This document shows, one piece after another, positions 21,061 to 32,886 of a DNA stretch of 64,000 nt. The stretch covers positions 256,758 to 320,757 of the forward strand of contig JAHQWJ010000120.1 in the NCBI GenBank assembly GCA_029856125.1, written 5' to 3'. Origin of the DNA: Promethearchaeia archaeon. Its GTDB lineage: Archaea; Asgardarchaeota; Lokiarchaeia; Sigyniarchaeales; SOKP01. The notes beneath the pieces were generated by a model, which was not told the origin of the DNA, did not search any database, and was given only the letters and a program-made list of their open reading frames with translations. The position numbers were made by a program, and so were the translations under genes. Numbering within the stretch: position 1 is the first letter of the stretch; each line of letters starts with the position of its first letter.

Positions 21061-24000
21061 TTACCTATCTAAAATACTAAATTTTTTACTTTTATTTTCG
21101 AATTTTCTTAGAAAAATGCCATTTTCTTTTAATGATTCTTTTATTTCTCCAATTTCTCGCCTAACTAATCTAACTCCTCGACATTTTTTGTTTTTACAGT
21201 AAAAATTCTCTTCTGGCTTATCTTTAAAATACCATTTACCGCAATTTATACAGTTATAAGCAACATAAATTTGATCGTGATCGCACTTCGGGCACATATA
21301 GTTAAATTGACTTGATTCAAACCATGATTGACAATACTTGCAGTGGAGAATTAAGGGATTCTTGTATTCTTCTGAAGTTTCTATGATCTCTATTCTCTTA
21401 ATGACTTGCTCTTTATCAAGTTCTTTTAACCTTAGTTTCTCCGCAAAGGTATTCCTACGGTGTCTGAAACTAAATTTACCATATTTTTCCGCTAAAACAT
21501 AGGATATTATGCCAAGTATGATAACACTTACAATTATTAGCAACCAAATTCCCCACGTTTGAAAATTCATTAACCCATTTTCTACTTCGACGTGAACTAC
21601 TGATTCAGCTCTATTTCCTTCTGCATCGTAAGCAACGACCATTACTATGTATGTCCCATCTAGAAATTGAGAAGTATCCCATTCAATACTTAAAACTCCG
21701 GTACCTTGATTGAAATTAAGCAAACTTCTATCAATCATCTCATCGTTGATATATATATTTATACGAGTATCATCTATTTCAATATTATCGCTGATGTTTG
21801 CCTCAATTTTAGTAATTGAGTTGACAATTTCATCGTTTAGCGGTGTGCTAATTTCGATAGTAGGAGCGATGAAATCTGTGAATTTATCATAACCTAAATA
21901 GATATTTGATATTAACCATCCATAACCCAAGCCTGTTGTTATGTCATTGGAATGTAAAGTGAATTTGATTAAAACAATTTCATTGGAGTATTGCGAAATA
22001 TCCAATGATTCGTTTCCTGCAAGATTTTCAGAATCAAAGTAGTATTCTCTTAAATTATCCCAACTTTCTCCGTAATCACTTGAGATAGAAATTGTACACT
22101 TGTCAAGTTCGTCCTGTTCCAAAAAGAATTCATTCTGTAAAGAAATTTCATACGCAAAATTCAAGAAGACATCGTATTCATCTCTAAGATGTAAAGGATA
22201 TGTTATTAGACTAGCTTCCCAATCGGGCTCATATCCTTGCGAGAGACTACCGTAACTTTGGCCTAATCCTCCATATATGAAGGGATTTCCAAAGCGATAA
22301 TATAGATGCCAACTATTATCCCCTTTTAACCATTGCGTTAGCTCTTTTTGCATCGGATTTCCAGTGATATAATAATCCGATAAAGATGTAAGCGTATAAT
22401 CGAACCCAATTAATTTGCCACTTTGATTTACATTAAATTCGTAAGCAATGGGATTTTGAAAATTAAATAAATTATTATCTTGATTAAAATAATTAGTAGA
22501 GTTGAAAAACTTACCATCGTATACATGAAACCTAAAAGTCAGATTAGTAATATCGTTCAATACGAATGACTTTACAAATTTAATTCCACGAGAGTCAACG
22601 GAGCCTAAACTCGCGTTCCACGCGCCAAATATATTAATCATAGAATAATTCTGATTATTGATTTCAATAAATACATATTCAGGATAATTGTTATCGGAAT
22701 CGAAGTAATTTAACGAAAAAGTGATTCTATCGTATTTAAATCCTTGAATATCGGATATGTTATCGTCTACATTAAAATCTATTTCAGGCGTTTGAAAGTT
22801 CGTATAGTTCTCTAGCGAGAAATAAGCCAACGCAAATCCTTTATAGTTAATAGGATCGAAATCTTCATCTATTACAGCTACAAACCTAAATTGGACAAAA
22901 TTTCCAATATATTGAGTTATATTTATTTCTTCTAAAAACCAGTCCCTTTCTTCACCTGAATAAATTCTTAACGTAATCCAGCCCGTCCAATTAGGATTTA
23001 TCTGCAAAAACATGAAATCACCAGAATTTAAACTCGTTCTTAGCCCTATTTTAGCCAAAACTTGCGTATAGTTTTTATTGATGCTAGTTATATTAAACAA
23101 GGGGCTTCTTAACGATCCGTTAGGAAAGGGATTTGTTATGATATATGGTTGGTATGTATAGTTTAATGGAAAATCATGGTCTCTACCGAAATACATTGCT
23201 GACCAGTTCTCAGAATATAAAGTGGAACGATTGTCATTCTGATTACTTTGATTTAACATTCCCCAACCTGTTCCATTATATGACCATCCATTAAACCCAT
23301 CGTTAAAATCGTGAACATATGGAAATGCCTCGCTATCATCTGGAAATTCGATATTGATACTTAATAACTCTGATAAAGGATATTTTGCATGATGAGATCC
23401 ATCACTAGCGTTAAAATAGTAGTAATATTTCCCTGGTTTAGAAAATTTAACAAAATCGCTTCTAAAAACAGCTCCGTTAGTGTAATTGTCATCAAAAGCG
23501 AGAATTTGAGTCATTGCATACTTTTTTGAAGTATTTACAATATATAAGCATACTTCTTGAGGAGGTATATTTGAGGTATCGTTATCAAAATATTCTATGA
23601 AAAACCAATAATTATCAATAGTATAATTCTTAGCGGGTTCACTTCCATAAAATTCTTGGAGGCTAATAACTGTATCATTTTTTGCCCCCCCGAAATAATT
23701 AATCTCGGTCATTTTTAACTCGGGAGCGAAATTATTATTCACGCTAGAAACATTCAAGGTAAAGTTACTTTTTCCTGAAATAGCTTTAACAATTAATATA
23801 CATTCTGTTTGGTTATGCTTTGGAGTGAAGTAGAAGAAATCTGAGTCCCCATACCACTTTTGTGCTGCTTGTAATAACAAGGGTTCTCCAAACCGATTTG
23901 ATTCATTTGCATATAGAAATAAATCTAAATCTGCGTTACCATCCACATTTGATAGATTGAAACTATATTGAGTGTCTTCAAGTAAATGTATTTTTCTTGC

Positions 24001-25872
24001 AAACACATGATTTTCCAAGGGATTTAATTCTGAACTTGTCAATTCGTAATTAATAGGTTCATTTATCTCAATTTCTTTGGTTAAGGCATCAATAGCCGCT
24101 TGAGTGTTCAATCTTCCGTACCCTTCATGTACATCTTTCAGGTTATTTAATAATCCATTAAAAAGATTTGGTGAGTAATCACTTTCATCTATTTCTGTTT
24201 TAGGATCATCCTCTCTTTCGAGATTTGTTTCTGATGCGGTCATGAGTAATATAGCTTTTAACATTTTTACCCATTTAGTAAGATTCTGGTTATTCCATTC
24301 AGTCCAACTCCCCCATTTCGCATCTATTAATATGTTAATTACTGCAGAAACGATTGCTGTTGATATTGAAGTCCCGATTAAAGCGGTTGTATCATTAGAT
24401 TTTCCATCTGCACTTACAATTGAGCGATGACTTGGTATTGTACTACCTCCTGGCGCAACAATATCAGGTTTCAGAATGTTTTCTCCGACATTTCGTCCCA
24501 TGCTGCTGTAAGAAGTTATCATGTCTTCATCGTTGATCGCACCAACAACTATTGCATTTTTATTAATACCTAAACTGTTAAATGGCTTAGCACCTTCGAT
24601 TCCATTATTCCCCGCAGCAATAACTACTATAATATGATTTTTAATGACTTGATCAATTACAGCATTAATCGCAGTTACATCTTCTCCTATTGTTCCGATG
24701 CTTAAACACACGGAAATTATTTGATATATTGTTCTGTTTTGGATCACGCTTGCCATTGCCGATATTAAGTCTGATACATACCCTTGCCCTGAACTATTTA
24801 CGACTCTATAACTCAAAATTTTGGTAGCGTTAGCGATTCCATTAAAATGATTATAGTCCTCATAATAAGATTCGGGAAAAAATGACATAGATGAGTTGAA
24901 AGAAAAGGCTGGAGTAGTATTACTTTTTTTATGATATTTAATATAAACATCATAAATTCCTCTTTTATCAGGGGCGACATTGTGTATAATTGAATAGATT
25001 TGATTAGGATTTTGAATGGTACTAGAATTAACCAATGTAGAATTATAAAACAATTCCAGCCAAAAAGTATCTATTTCATTTGTCTGATAATCGAAGCTGG
25101 AATTTATTCCAATTTTTGTGCTACTTTTTGACATATTTACAGTGAGAATTTTAAAAGTATAATTTTTTGAAGGTAAATAATCCTCAAATAACTCCAAATG
25201 TGTGTAATTTCCATATAAATTAATAAAAGAAGGGCTGCTAGATTCATTGGTGAGGACGCCAGTACCTGCAATAACAGAGGATATGAAAGTTCCGTGGCCG
25301 TTTCTATCAGAGATCAAATCGTTATCGACAAAATTCTGCCAACCTACAACTTTATTTTGTAAAAAAGCTTGATTAGGATTAATGCCACTATCTAAAACTG
25401 CGATAGAGGAATCAGTGTCACCATTATAACCATTATTATACCAAGTGGCATTAACTGATTGTGTTTGAGCGCTAGCATAATTCATCTGAACTTCAATAAT
25501 TTCATCGGTATCGATATTAATATCGGGAAATTCATTCTTATATAAAGATAAATTAACTAAAGGGATTGTTCCAGCAAATCCTGAGAAATCATTAAATAAC
25601 CCATTCCAATCTTCATGCTCTTTTAAAATACCACCATAAGACACAAATCTAATCTTTGCGCTATTATTATAATTTGTATTATTAAAAAAAACTATTACAT
25701 TTTTGTTACCACTGTTTGATGTGCGTAGTGTATCTGAGAATTCTTTTTGTTTTACGAGTTTCACACCGTTTAAATCTAAAGTTTGAAATTCTAAAAGAAA
25801 ACTAGTACCGATATTTAATCCGAGGATAAGAAGTAAGATAACAAGATATTTTGATACTTTTTTCATGTTCAA
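21061..25872 (-). CDS. Membrane-anchored S8 (subtilisin-like) peptidase with cytoplasmic zinc-ribbon tail
   Basis: Signal peptide; catalytic D (IAVLDSGI), H (NGHGT), oxyanion N (AAGNNG), S (GTSIS); Ig-like domain; TM helix; C-terminal CKYC/CPKC/CINC/CKNKKC. Confidence 0.9.
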   Translation of the reverse strand: MNMKKVSKYLVILLLILGLNIGTSFLLEFQTLDLNGVKLVKQKEFSDTLRTSNSGNKNVIVFFNNTNYNNSAKIRFVSYGGILKEHEDWNGLFNDFSGFAGTIPLVNLSLYKNEFPDINIDTDEIIEVQMNYASAQTQSVNATWYNNGYNGDTDSSIAVLDSGINPNQAFLQNKVVGWQNFVDNDLISDRNGHGTFISSVIAGTGVLTNESSSPSFINLYGNYTHLELFEDYLPSKNYTFKILTVNMSKSSTKIGINSSFDYQTNEIDTFWLELFYNSTLVNSSTIQNPNQIYSIIHNVAPDKRGIYDVYIKYHKKSNTTPAFSFNSSMSFFPESYYEDYNHFNGIANATKILSYRVVNSSGQGYVSDLISAMASVIQNRTIYQIISVCLSIGTIGEDVTAINAVIDQVIKNHIIVVIAAGNNGIEGAKPFNSLGINKNAIVVGAINDEDMITSYSSMGRNVGENILKPDIVAPGGSTIPSHRSIVSADGKSNDTTALIGTSISTAIVSAVINILIDAKWGSWTEWNNQNLTKWVKMLKAILLMTASETNLEREDDPKTEIDESDYSPNLFNGLLNNLKDVHEGYGRLNTQAAIDALTKEIEINEPINYELTSSELNPLENHVFARKIHLLEDTQYSFNLSNVDGNADLDLFLYANESNRFGEPLLLQAAQKWYGDSDFFYFTPKHNQTECILIVKAISGKSNFTLNVSSVNNNFAPELKMTEINYFGGAKNDTVISLQEFYGSEPAKNYTIDNYWFFIEYFDNDTSNIPPQEVCLYIVNTSKKYAMTQILAFDDNYTNGAVFRSDFVKFSKPGKYYYYFNASDGSHHAKYPLSELLSINIEFPDDSEAFPYVHDFNDGFNGWSYNGTGWGMLNQSNQNDNRSTLYSENWSAMYFGRDHDFPLNYTYQPYIITNPFPNGSLRSPLFNITSINKNYTQVLAKIGLRTSLNSGDFMFLQINPNWTGWITLRIYSGEERDWFLEEINITQYIGNFVQFRFVAVIDEDFDPINYKGFALAYFSLENYTNFQTPEIDFNVDDNISDIQGFKYDRITFSLNYFDSDNNYPEYVFIEINNQNYSMINIFGAWNASLGSVDSRGIKFVKSFVLNDITNLTFRFHVYDGKFFNSTNYFNQDNNLFNFQNPIAYEFNVNQSGKLIGFDYTLTSLSDYYITGNPMQKELTQWLKGDNSWHLYYRFGNPFIYGGLGQSYGSLSQGYEPDWEASLITYPLHLRDEYDVFLNFAYEISLQNEFFLEQDELDKCTISISSDYGESWDNLREYYFDSENLAGNESLDISQYSNEIVLIKFTLHSNDITTGLGYGWLISNIYLGYDKFTDFIAPTIEISTPLNDEIVNSITKIEANISDNIEIDDTRINIYINDEMIDRSLLNFNQGTGVLSIEWDTSQFLDGTYIVMVVAYDAEGNRAESVVHVEVENGLMNFQTWGIWLLIIVSVIILGIISYVLAEKYGKFSFRHRRNTFAEKLRLKELDKEQVIKRIEIIETSEEYKNPLILHCKYCQSWFESSQFNYMCPKCDHDQIYVAYNCINCGKWYFKDKPEENFYCKNKKCRGVRLVRREIGEIKESLKENGIFLRKFENKSKKFSILDR

Positions 25873-28800
25873 AATTCCCCTCCATCTTCCGTACTATCCT
25901 TAATATAACTCTGTTCTTTGGAAAGTGAATTAAGGCGGTCTCTTAAGGTATTTTCAACTTTTAGAACCGAGTCATTGCGTGATACTTTAAAAAGCATTAA
26001 TTCGTTCCTCTGAAGTTCATACTTACTAGCTTTATATTTCTTAGTTTTCCAAATGAAAATCGTTAAAGTAGTAAACGCCGCTAAGGCCGGACCTAGCACA
26101 AACAAAATATTAATTTCTTCTGGAATTATAACTTTAATTTCAATAGAATTTGATGTTTCTATTACTTTTTGAAGGTAGAAATATTCAATACTCGCAGGTT
26201 TCAGCCTGATTAAAGCTTGTTTAGTCGCTTGAATTTTATAGGAAAATGTAATTTTCTCATCTGGTTGCAAACTCGTAGCAGTATAAATAAGACTTCCGCT
26301 AATTAATTCAAATTCAATATTCGTAAAGCCAATAGCGTCGCTAATGGTAATATTTTTCGCACAAATATTCCCGGTGTTAGTAACCGTTATGTTTACCGTA
26401 ATAATATCCCCAATTTCTATTTGATCTCGATTAACTGATTTTAATATTGAAAAATTGATAAAACCAAGAATAAATGACTTTGAAGAAGCAATTTGAATCG
26501 TATTTTCCTCTAAACAACTGAAATAATTAACAGAAGGATAATAGTACCCTTTCCATCCAATTTTTATTAAGGAGATGTTAAAAATTATTAACTCATTATA
26601 CATAATTTCTGGCGTAACCAGATTCTTCTTACTATTAGGTACCAAATCTCCGTATTGATCATTAAATGAAAGAGATAAATTTGGAATCACTAATCCAGCA
26701 ATTCCCGTATTTTTAATATAAATTGACAAGTTAAATATTTCATCGACACTAGGGGCTAAAGTTGTGGAATTACAATGAATCTCAATCGTTCTAACATAAG
26801 GTTTTCGGGATAAATAATCGATTGGAGCAGAAAAATACACATCATTTGGTTGAGACTCCAGTGTTGTAGAATTTAAATTTTGAATAAAATCTAAATTATT
26901 ATAACTAATTGTTGCATTGCTAATTGTAGCTGTATTTGGAACATAAAAAGAAAATGAAATTTGCTTTTTCTCAGATGGAGCAAGATTAAGAATATTGTAT
27001 TTTAAGTAGTCTTTTTCGATTGTAAAGTTGAAAGGATTATGCATAATTCCGGGGACCATAATTGATATATTAACGTTTCTTGCGATATTTGACCCTATAT
27101 TGCTAAAAACTAACGTATAGTTATTTATCTCTCTCGTACTTGAACTATAGCTAGATAAATAAGAATATGAGGTAATAGACGCCATATTGTAAGTACTCAA
27201 AGAGATTGTATTTGATTTTTTAATATATTCAACTTTACCACTTAATGAAGTATAAGTAACTCTAGATCCTAAAACTGTATACTCGTTAACATCTCTGTAA
27301 TAAAATTCTATATCCAAATCATTTATCGAAATGTTAAACTTGTCAGAATTGATCCCCTTTATTTTTAAAATAATTGAATGGTTGTTTCTATCTGCAGGAT
27401 CAAAAATCCATTCAAAAATCTCTTGGTCTTTAATAAACGTATAAGTCGATGCGTTATTGATTGTGGTAATCAAATACGGTGATATATCTTGAAAAGTTTC
27501 TGAAGTATAATTAAAAACTTCAAAATTCAACACTTCATTAATGTCAGTGTAATTAACAATAATTGAAATACTATCTAAAGAATTGTTTGTTAGGTCTATC
27601 GCAGTTTCATTCTTAAAAAGAAATTGTAATTCAATCTCGTGTTGATCAATATATTTCTGTTCTGATTCGACGATCCAATCTAGGTTATCGTTGTTTAATG
27701 CCATTTGAGGAGAAGTTCCGTCAAGTGAAATCCCAGAAATTATCGAAGGTATCTGCGGAAAATTTTCATTAACAGTAAAATTATATTTGTAAAAAGAAGA
27801 AAATGTATCAAACCCTTCTATCGAAAAATTGTCGTAGGTATAAGATAATACCTCGTTTGGCTCTAACTTCCAATTCTCACTATTCCAAATACTCCGTTCA
27901 TTGGTAAAAGTATCTTTTAGCGATTCTGAAGATTGACCTATTGCATCTAATGAAGAAATTAATTGTGGGTTACCTATTGCAATTAAATCAATCACATGAT
28001 CCATATTTTCATTATAAGGTAAAAAATTAGTGAGATTGTTAAGATCTGGAAAATAAGTATCTACAGTTCCTGCTCCTGTTGTATCAAAATAAAAAATGTG
28101 TGGATTCTTATCAAAGTTAAAAAAATCCTCCAAAGAAGTGTATTGACCAGCATACTCAATTCTGACAACTTCCCATATAGATTCTTTAAGATCCTCATCA
28201 AGACCTAAAAGAACTCCGATTGGTCCTATGATTATTGGAAAAATATCATCGAGTTCTATAGGTATTGGAGTAGGAACCCCCCAAGCAGTTTCGTTACCTA
28301 CATTTGTAGCTGTAATATTAAATGAAAAGTCTTTAAAGGCTCCATTTGAGGCATTCCCCCCAATTAAGTCTTTTGTAATAAGTAAATTGGGTTCTGAATT
28401 TGAAATTTTATAAGTAATAACTATCTCTTCAATTGGGTTAAAAATTCCGGTAGGTATTCCTGGTAACCCTTGAATTCCGAACTGGTGTAAAAAATTTATG
28501 ATATCTGCTTGGTTGTTCAGATTTACGGGTTTAACATAACTTTGCTTAAATCCATTGTCGTTAACCCAAAACAATTCAAACGAATAATCTTTAAGCGCCT
28601 GGATATCAAATTCTATCTCAGCGTAGTATAGTAATAAGCCGATTTGCTCTAATAGAAAGTCATAAAGCGTAAAGTAGGAGGGTGTTGCATCGCTTATATC
28701 AGTACAAAAAATATTCACATTAATTTCACTCATAAAAGCGCCTATTAAAGAAATAAATATCTTTTCACTAGGTTTGAGTGATTCTCCTTGATAGCCTAAT

Positions 28801-29828
28801 GCGTCCCATAAATTAAAACGATATTCATCTTCACTGACTTCGGTAATTCCAAGAGCTGAACCTTCATATTGTATCATTAAGCTCGTATAATGTGATTCAT
28901 TAGAGAGCGTGAGCGAACTAAACGAATCACCAAAATCGCCAAAATCGTTTTGGGTCGATGTTTGATTGAACACCTCTGAAAAATTTCCAAATAGTGAATC
29001 ATAGTCAAGGATAATATCAGAGAATTGCTCAAATACATTATCTACTTCAAGATTTTCTAAATAACCTAAATCAAGTGAATCAATATTAAAATTTACCTGA
29101 TCTATGGACTTATATATATCATAGTCTAAGAAATCCAAGGAGTTCACTAATAGAAATGTGGAAGATAAATGTTGAGCATTAATATATTCTTCGGAAGTTA
29201 AACGTTCCACATCTAAGGCTTTCCAATAACCATCCATAGGAAGGTTTTGCGTAATTTCATCAAGATAAATCTCCCAATTTGGATGATCCCCTACAAATGG
29301 AAAGAAATACGCGTTTGAGGTATTTATCGTTATTAAATCTATCTCAAATTTCTTTCTTATAATATCTAGCGCTCGATTTGCTCTAAACAATACGTCTTCT
29401 TCGCTCATTTCTTCATCGTAATAAAGAAATCCCGAAAAACCGTTAAAAGTCGTTTCATATTGCTTACTATAGCGATCTTCATTAATAACGCGAGGGAATA
29501 ATTCTGGCGTAATCCCGTTTGATACGCTGAGAAGCACATTACATTTATAAAACGCGGGATCTCTCGTATCAAACTTAGGAAGAATACTTGTATCGTTAGT
29601 GAAAAGCGATTGTTTAATGACTGATTTATTCCCTGCTACTAAAGCATTAATTTGTTCTGCATACAAATCTGTTCCCGCTATATCAGACATTTCTAGAAAT
29701 TTTTCTTGAAAATCGGATTGTTCCTCGTAATCAACTACAAATTCTTGACTGCCAAAATTGTCATATATTGGGAAAGAAATAAAATTAAGGAAGAATAAAA
29801 CAGTCAATATTTCTTTAGAGTATTTCAT
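25869..29828 (-). CDS. Large secreted, C-terminally anchored protein with DUF11/BatD-like Ig repeats
   Basis: Signal peptide; repeats such as FNITATNVGNETAW, YTLVFSNIGSNIARNVNI, VNITVTNTGNICAKNITISD; C-terminal TM. Overlaps the protease gene by 4 nt. Confidence 0.75.
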   Translation of the reverse strand: MKYSKEILTVLFFLNFISFPIYDNFGSQEFVVDYEEQSDFQEKFLEMSDIAGTDLYAEQINALVAGNKSVIKQSLFTNDTSILPKFDTRDPAFYKCNVLLSVSNGITPELFPRVINEDRYSKQYETTFNGFSGFLYYDEEMSEEDVLFRANRALDIIRKKFEIDLITINTSNAYFFPFVGDHPNWEIYLDEITQNLPMDGYWKALDVERLTSEEYINAQHLSSTFLLVNSLDFLDYDIYKSIDQVNFNIDSLDLGYLENLEVDNVFEQFSDIILDYDSLFGNFSEVFNQTSTQNDFGDFGDSFSSLTLSNESHYTSLMIQYEGSALGITEVSEDEYRFNLWDALGYQGESLKPSEKIFISLIGAFMSEINVNIFCTDISDATPSYFTLYDFLLEQIGLLLYYAEIEFDIQALKDYSFELFWVNDNGFKQSYVKPVNLNNQADIINFLHQFGIQGLPGIPTGIFNPIEEIVITYKISNSEPNLLITKDLIGGNASNGAFKDFSFNITATNVGNETAWGVPTPIPIELDDIFPIIIGPIGVLLGLDEDLKESIWEVVRIEYAGQYTSLEDFFNFDKNPHIFYFDTTGAGTVDTYFPDLNNLTNFLPYNENMDHVIDLIAIGNPQLISSLDAIGQSSESLKDTFTNERSIWNSENWKLEPNEVLSYTYDNFSIEGFDTFSSFYKYNFTVNENFPQIPSIISGISLDGTSPQMALNNDNLDWIVESEQKYIDQHEIELQFLFKNETAIDLTNNSLDSISIIVNYTDINEVLNFEVFNYTSETFQDISPYLITTINNASTYTFIKDQEIFEWIFDPADRNNHSIILKIKGINSDKFNISINDLDIEFYYRDVNEYTVLGSRVTYTSLSGKVEYIKKSNTISLSTYNMASITSYSYLSSYSSSTREINNYTLVFSNIGSNIARNVNISIMVPGIMHNPFNFTIEKDYLKYNILNLAPSEKKQISFSFYVPNTATISNATISYNNLDFIQNLNSTTLESQPNDVYFSAPIDYLSRKPYVRTIEIHCNSTTLAPSVDEIFNLSIYIKNTGIAGLVIPNLSLSFNDQYGDLVPNSKKNLVTPEIMYNELIIFNISLIKIGWKGYYYPSVNYFSCLEENTIQIASSKSFILGFINFSILKSVNRDQIEIGDIITVNITVTNTGNICAKNITISDAIGFTNIEFELISGSLIYTATSLQPDEKITFSYKIQATKQALIRLKPASIEYFYLQKVIETSNSIEIKVIIPEEINILFVLGPALAAFTTLTIFIWKTKKYKASKYELQRNELMLFKVSRNDSVLKVENTLRDRLNSLSKEQSYIKDSTEDGGEF

Positions 29829-29844
29829 AATTTTTCATCTCCTC

Positions 29845-32844
29845 CTACATTGTTTCCCTATAAATATCTACAATTTTCTTTTTTCGGGATTTATTCAATA
29901 ATACTTTCATTCCAATTAGAGTAAAAATTATCGATATAGCAAAAATTACGAACATATCTGTTAATGGAAAAACAGGGATATTAGGTAAACCGCTAGTTAG
30001 ATTCATAGACACACTTAGAAGTAAACTAGTAACCCACCCTACGATGACACCTACAGTTCCACTACTTAGCATAATAATTAACGACTCTATAGTAAACATT
30101 CTCCCGATTTCTTTCCCTTTTAACCCTAAAGTTCTAACAATCCCTATTTCTTTTTTTCTTTCAATAATTGTTGAATAAGAAGATGATAGTAATCCAAATA
30201 AACAGATGATTACTGTCGCATTCAAGGTCATAGAAAAAAACACGGCAATAATTGTGAAAAATAATTCTTGTTCCGTAATCCTTTGTTGTAAACTTATTAT
30301 CTCAAAATCAAAAGAGTTCTCATTTTCCCGTTTTAGTTTATTCATGATAAACTGTGATGAACTTTGGGCATTTAGATTGAGTTTAATAAATATCTTGTCT
30401 AAGTATGGTATTGGGGGAATATCCATAATACTCATATAGGTTTCTTGAGAAATCATAACGCCCCCCATATTAGCCGATGCAGCAGATCTCCCAAATTCAC
30501 CCATAAAGCCTGGCATGGCTGCTGCGACTCCAACTATTTTAAAAGTATAGATCTCAGACTCGTCCCCCCTCTGTATTACCATCCGAATAATATCTCCGAG
30601 AAGCATATCCATACTTAAAGAAATACCTTCTGATATAATACAAGTATAGAAAGTTTGTTCAATAAATAGTTGTTCAAAAGACGATTTGGTTTCTCCCTGT
30701 GTAAATTCCATATATTCGGTTTTGATCGTAGATAGATATACTTCGTCAACGCCGATAAGACTTATTTCTTGTGTTGTCAAACCAGCGTAATCCCCAATCT
30801 CTGCTGTAAATTCTTTACCTTCTTCAGAATAAATTTGTGTTAACTGGAAAGGGCTGGCGATTACCGAGGAAATCCTCTCGATACCATCGATTTTTAATAA
30901 TTCATCCTTAAAATCGCTTGTGAGGATTCTATTCGGATTTACAGAAAAGTCGCTATCTTGACTTGTTTTAAGACCATCAACAGAAGTGCTAAGAAAATCA
31001 CCACCCTCACCTCCAAATAATCCAAAACTCTCGACTTCTTCGGGTTCGAACCACCCTTCTGTTTCTATCACTAAATCTGAGCCTAAATTCAAGTTAGCAC
31101 TCACTACACTCTCGTTCGCTAAAAAGCTAAATACGCTCGAAGTAAATATTACAAACGAAAAAGTAAATGCAAAAGTTATTATCGTGCTAGAGTTCCTTCT
31201 AACATATCTAAATATAAAGATTCTATAGACTGGGGCTAATTTTTTGGTAAATACTGAAAAAAATCTAATAAACATTCTTAAAATTAAAGGCATTAAGGCC
31301 AATCCTGCCAATGTCATTCCAATCAAAAATATTAATAACAAAGCGATTAAAGTTCCTGACATTAACGCCGCATCTCCAGTAGTTAATATCCTTGGGATAA
31401 CAAACAATACAAACGCTCCATTCGCGGCCAGAATAACACCCACGATTAGAAGCTTATAGTTCACCGAAGCTTTTTTTTTAAGTTTATATAACACATCCTC
31501 CTTACGATAAGGATGGATAGATTCTATTAATTGGAGCTTCATAACTTTAATAGCAGGTGAGATACTAACAATAAGCCCTACACTTAATCCAATGATATAA
31601 GCAATTAAAAACGACCAAATAGTAGACGAGAACGTTATATTTCCCGCTAGACCCGGTATCGATTCCGCTACAACAGCACCTGCTATCGGAAGTACGAGAT
31701 ATTGTGTTAGAAGTTGGGCTAGTATCATGCCTAATATCGTTCCAAAATTACATAACAACAATCCTTGTACTAAAACGATTATTAAACTGTAACGCTTGGT
31801 TGCTCCCAGCGTTCTAAAGATCCCAAACTCTCTTATACGTTCCTCAACAGATGTTTTTAGAATCCCATTAATTAAAACACCAGAAATTAGCATAGAGATC
31901 ATAGTTACGAATACAAAAATTATCGTCAACCCGACGCTAAACATTTCAGAATAACCTAGAATGTCTAACTTTGGTAAACCTATATTATATTCGTTTAATC
32001 CGATTAAAATCTGAACTTTTCCCGCTAATTTTTTGACTCGATCTTCTGTACCGTCGATATCCCTTGCATCATATAAAAGTTCATCCCCTTTTAATGTTAA
32101 AATTAATTCGTTACATTTTCCATTGAATGTCGTGTTACCAAAGGTATCGTAAATGGTATTAATATCAACGACAATCAAGGGTCGGTTTGTATATGTTATA
32201 GGCCATTTCAATTGAAAATCAAAAATGCGATTTATGGTAAAATTTTTTACTCTATAATAGTAAGTATCTCCGTGCCATAATCCCATTCTAATTTCAATTG
32301 TGTCGTTCTCAGCATATTTAATTTCCTCGTTTAACCCGTAATATATAGCACATTGATTCAAAGCTAAATTAGAAATCTCTAACAATTCGTTAGTATCTGG
32401 CTTTAAAAAACTCCCAAATTGAAGTTGGTTTTCTAATTCAAAATCTATCCCCGAGATAATAACGCTACTCCTACTGTTTGCTAATTCTTGGGTTTCATAA
32501 CCCTTAGAATCGTTAACATTTCCCCATAAACTCATTCTAGGAATAAAGGATTCAACTTCGTCGATATCACTATGGATCGTTTCTATTATGGGCTGATAAC
32601 TGAAATAATTCGACCGATTATCGGGCTCGCCATTATAATGTCTTACGGAAACATTAAAATCTTGTTGGCCTGCATCGATACTAAGATAATCAATGAAAGT
32701 AACTGCTATAGAATCTGATAAAAATAGAATTAGCGCTAGAAGTCCAATAGAAATTGTAATTCCTAATACCCCAATAAAGGTCCTGGTCTTGTGACGGACG
32801 AAATCTTTTAAGGCGTATTTAAATACTATTTTTATGTTAGTCAT
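29845..32844 (-). CDS. ABC transporter permease, tandem MacB/FtsX type
   Basis: EERIREFGIFRTLGA and IERKKEIGIVRTLGL; paralogous to 18064-21030. Confidence 0.9.
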   Translation of the reverse strand: MTNIKIVFKYALKDFVRHKTRTFIGVLGITISIGLLALILFLSDSIAVTFIDYLSIDAGQQDFNVSVRHYNGEPDNRSNYFSYQPIIETIHSDIDEVESFIPRMSLWGNVNDSKGYETQELANSRSSVIISGIDFELENQLQFGSFLKPDTNELLEISNLALNQCAIYYGLNEEIKYAENDTIEIRMGLWHGDTYYYRVKNFTINRIFDFQLKWPITYTNRPLIVVDINTIYDTFGNTTFNGKCNELILTLKGDELLYDARDIDGTEDRVKKLAGKVQILIGLNEYNIGLPKLDILGYSEMFSVGLTIIFVFVTMISMLISGVLINGILKTSVEERIREFGIFRTLGATKRYSLIIVLVQGLLLCNFGTILGMILAQLLTQYLVLPIAGAVVAESIPGLAGNITFSSTIWSFLIAYIIGLSVGLIVSISPAIKVMKLQLIESIHPYRKEDVLYKLKKKASVNYKLLIVGVILAANGAFVLFVIPRILTTGDAALMSGTLIALLLIFLIGMTLAGLALMPLILRMFIRFFSVFTKKLAPVYRIFIFRYVRRNSSTIITFAFTFSFVIFTSSVFSFLANESVVSANLNLGSDLVIETEGWFEPEEVESFGLFGGEGGDFLSTSVDGLKTSQDSDFSVNPNRILTSDFKDELLKIDGIERISSVIASPFQLTQIYSEEGKEFTAEIGDYAGLTTQEISLIGVDEVYLSTIKTEYMEFTQGETKSSFEQLFIEQTFYTCIISEGISLSMDMLLGDIIRMVIQRGDESEIYTFKIVGVAAAMPGFMGEFGRSAASANMGGVMISQETYMSIMDIPPIPYLDKIFIKLNLNAQSSSQFIMNKLKRENENSFDFEIISLQQRITEQELFFTIIAVFFSMTLNATVIICLFGLLSSSYSTIIERKKEIGIVRTLGLKGKEIGRMFTIESLIIMLSSGTVGVIVGWVTSLLLSVSMNLTSGLPNIPVFPLTDMFVIFAISIIFTLIGMKVLLNKSRKKKIVDIYRETM

Positions 32845-32886
32845 TCTAATTAAAACGTACTTTTATAATAAAATAGATGAATTATT

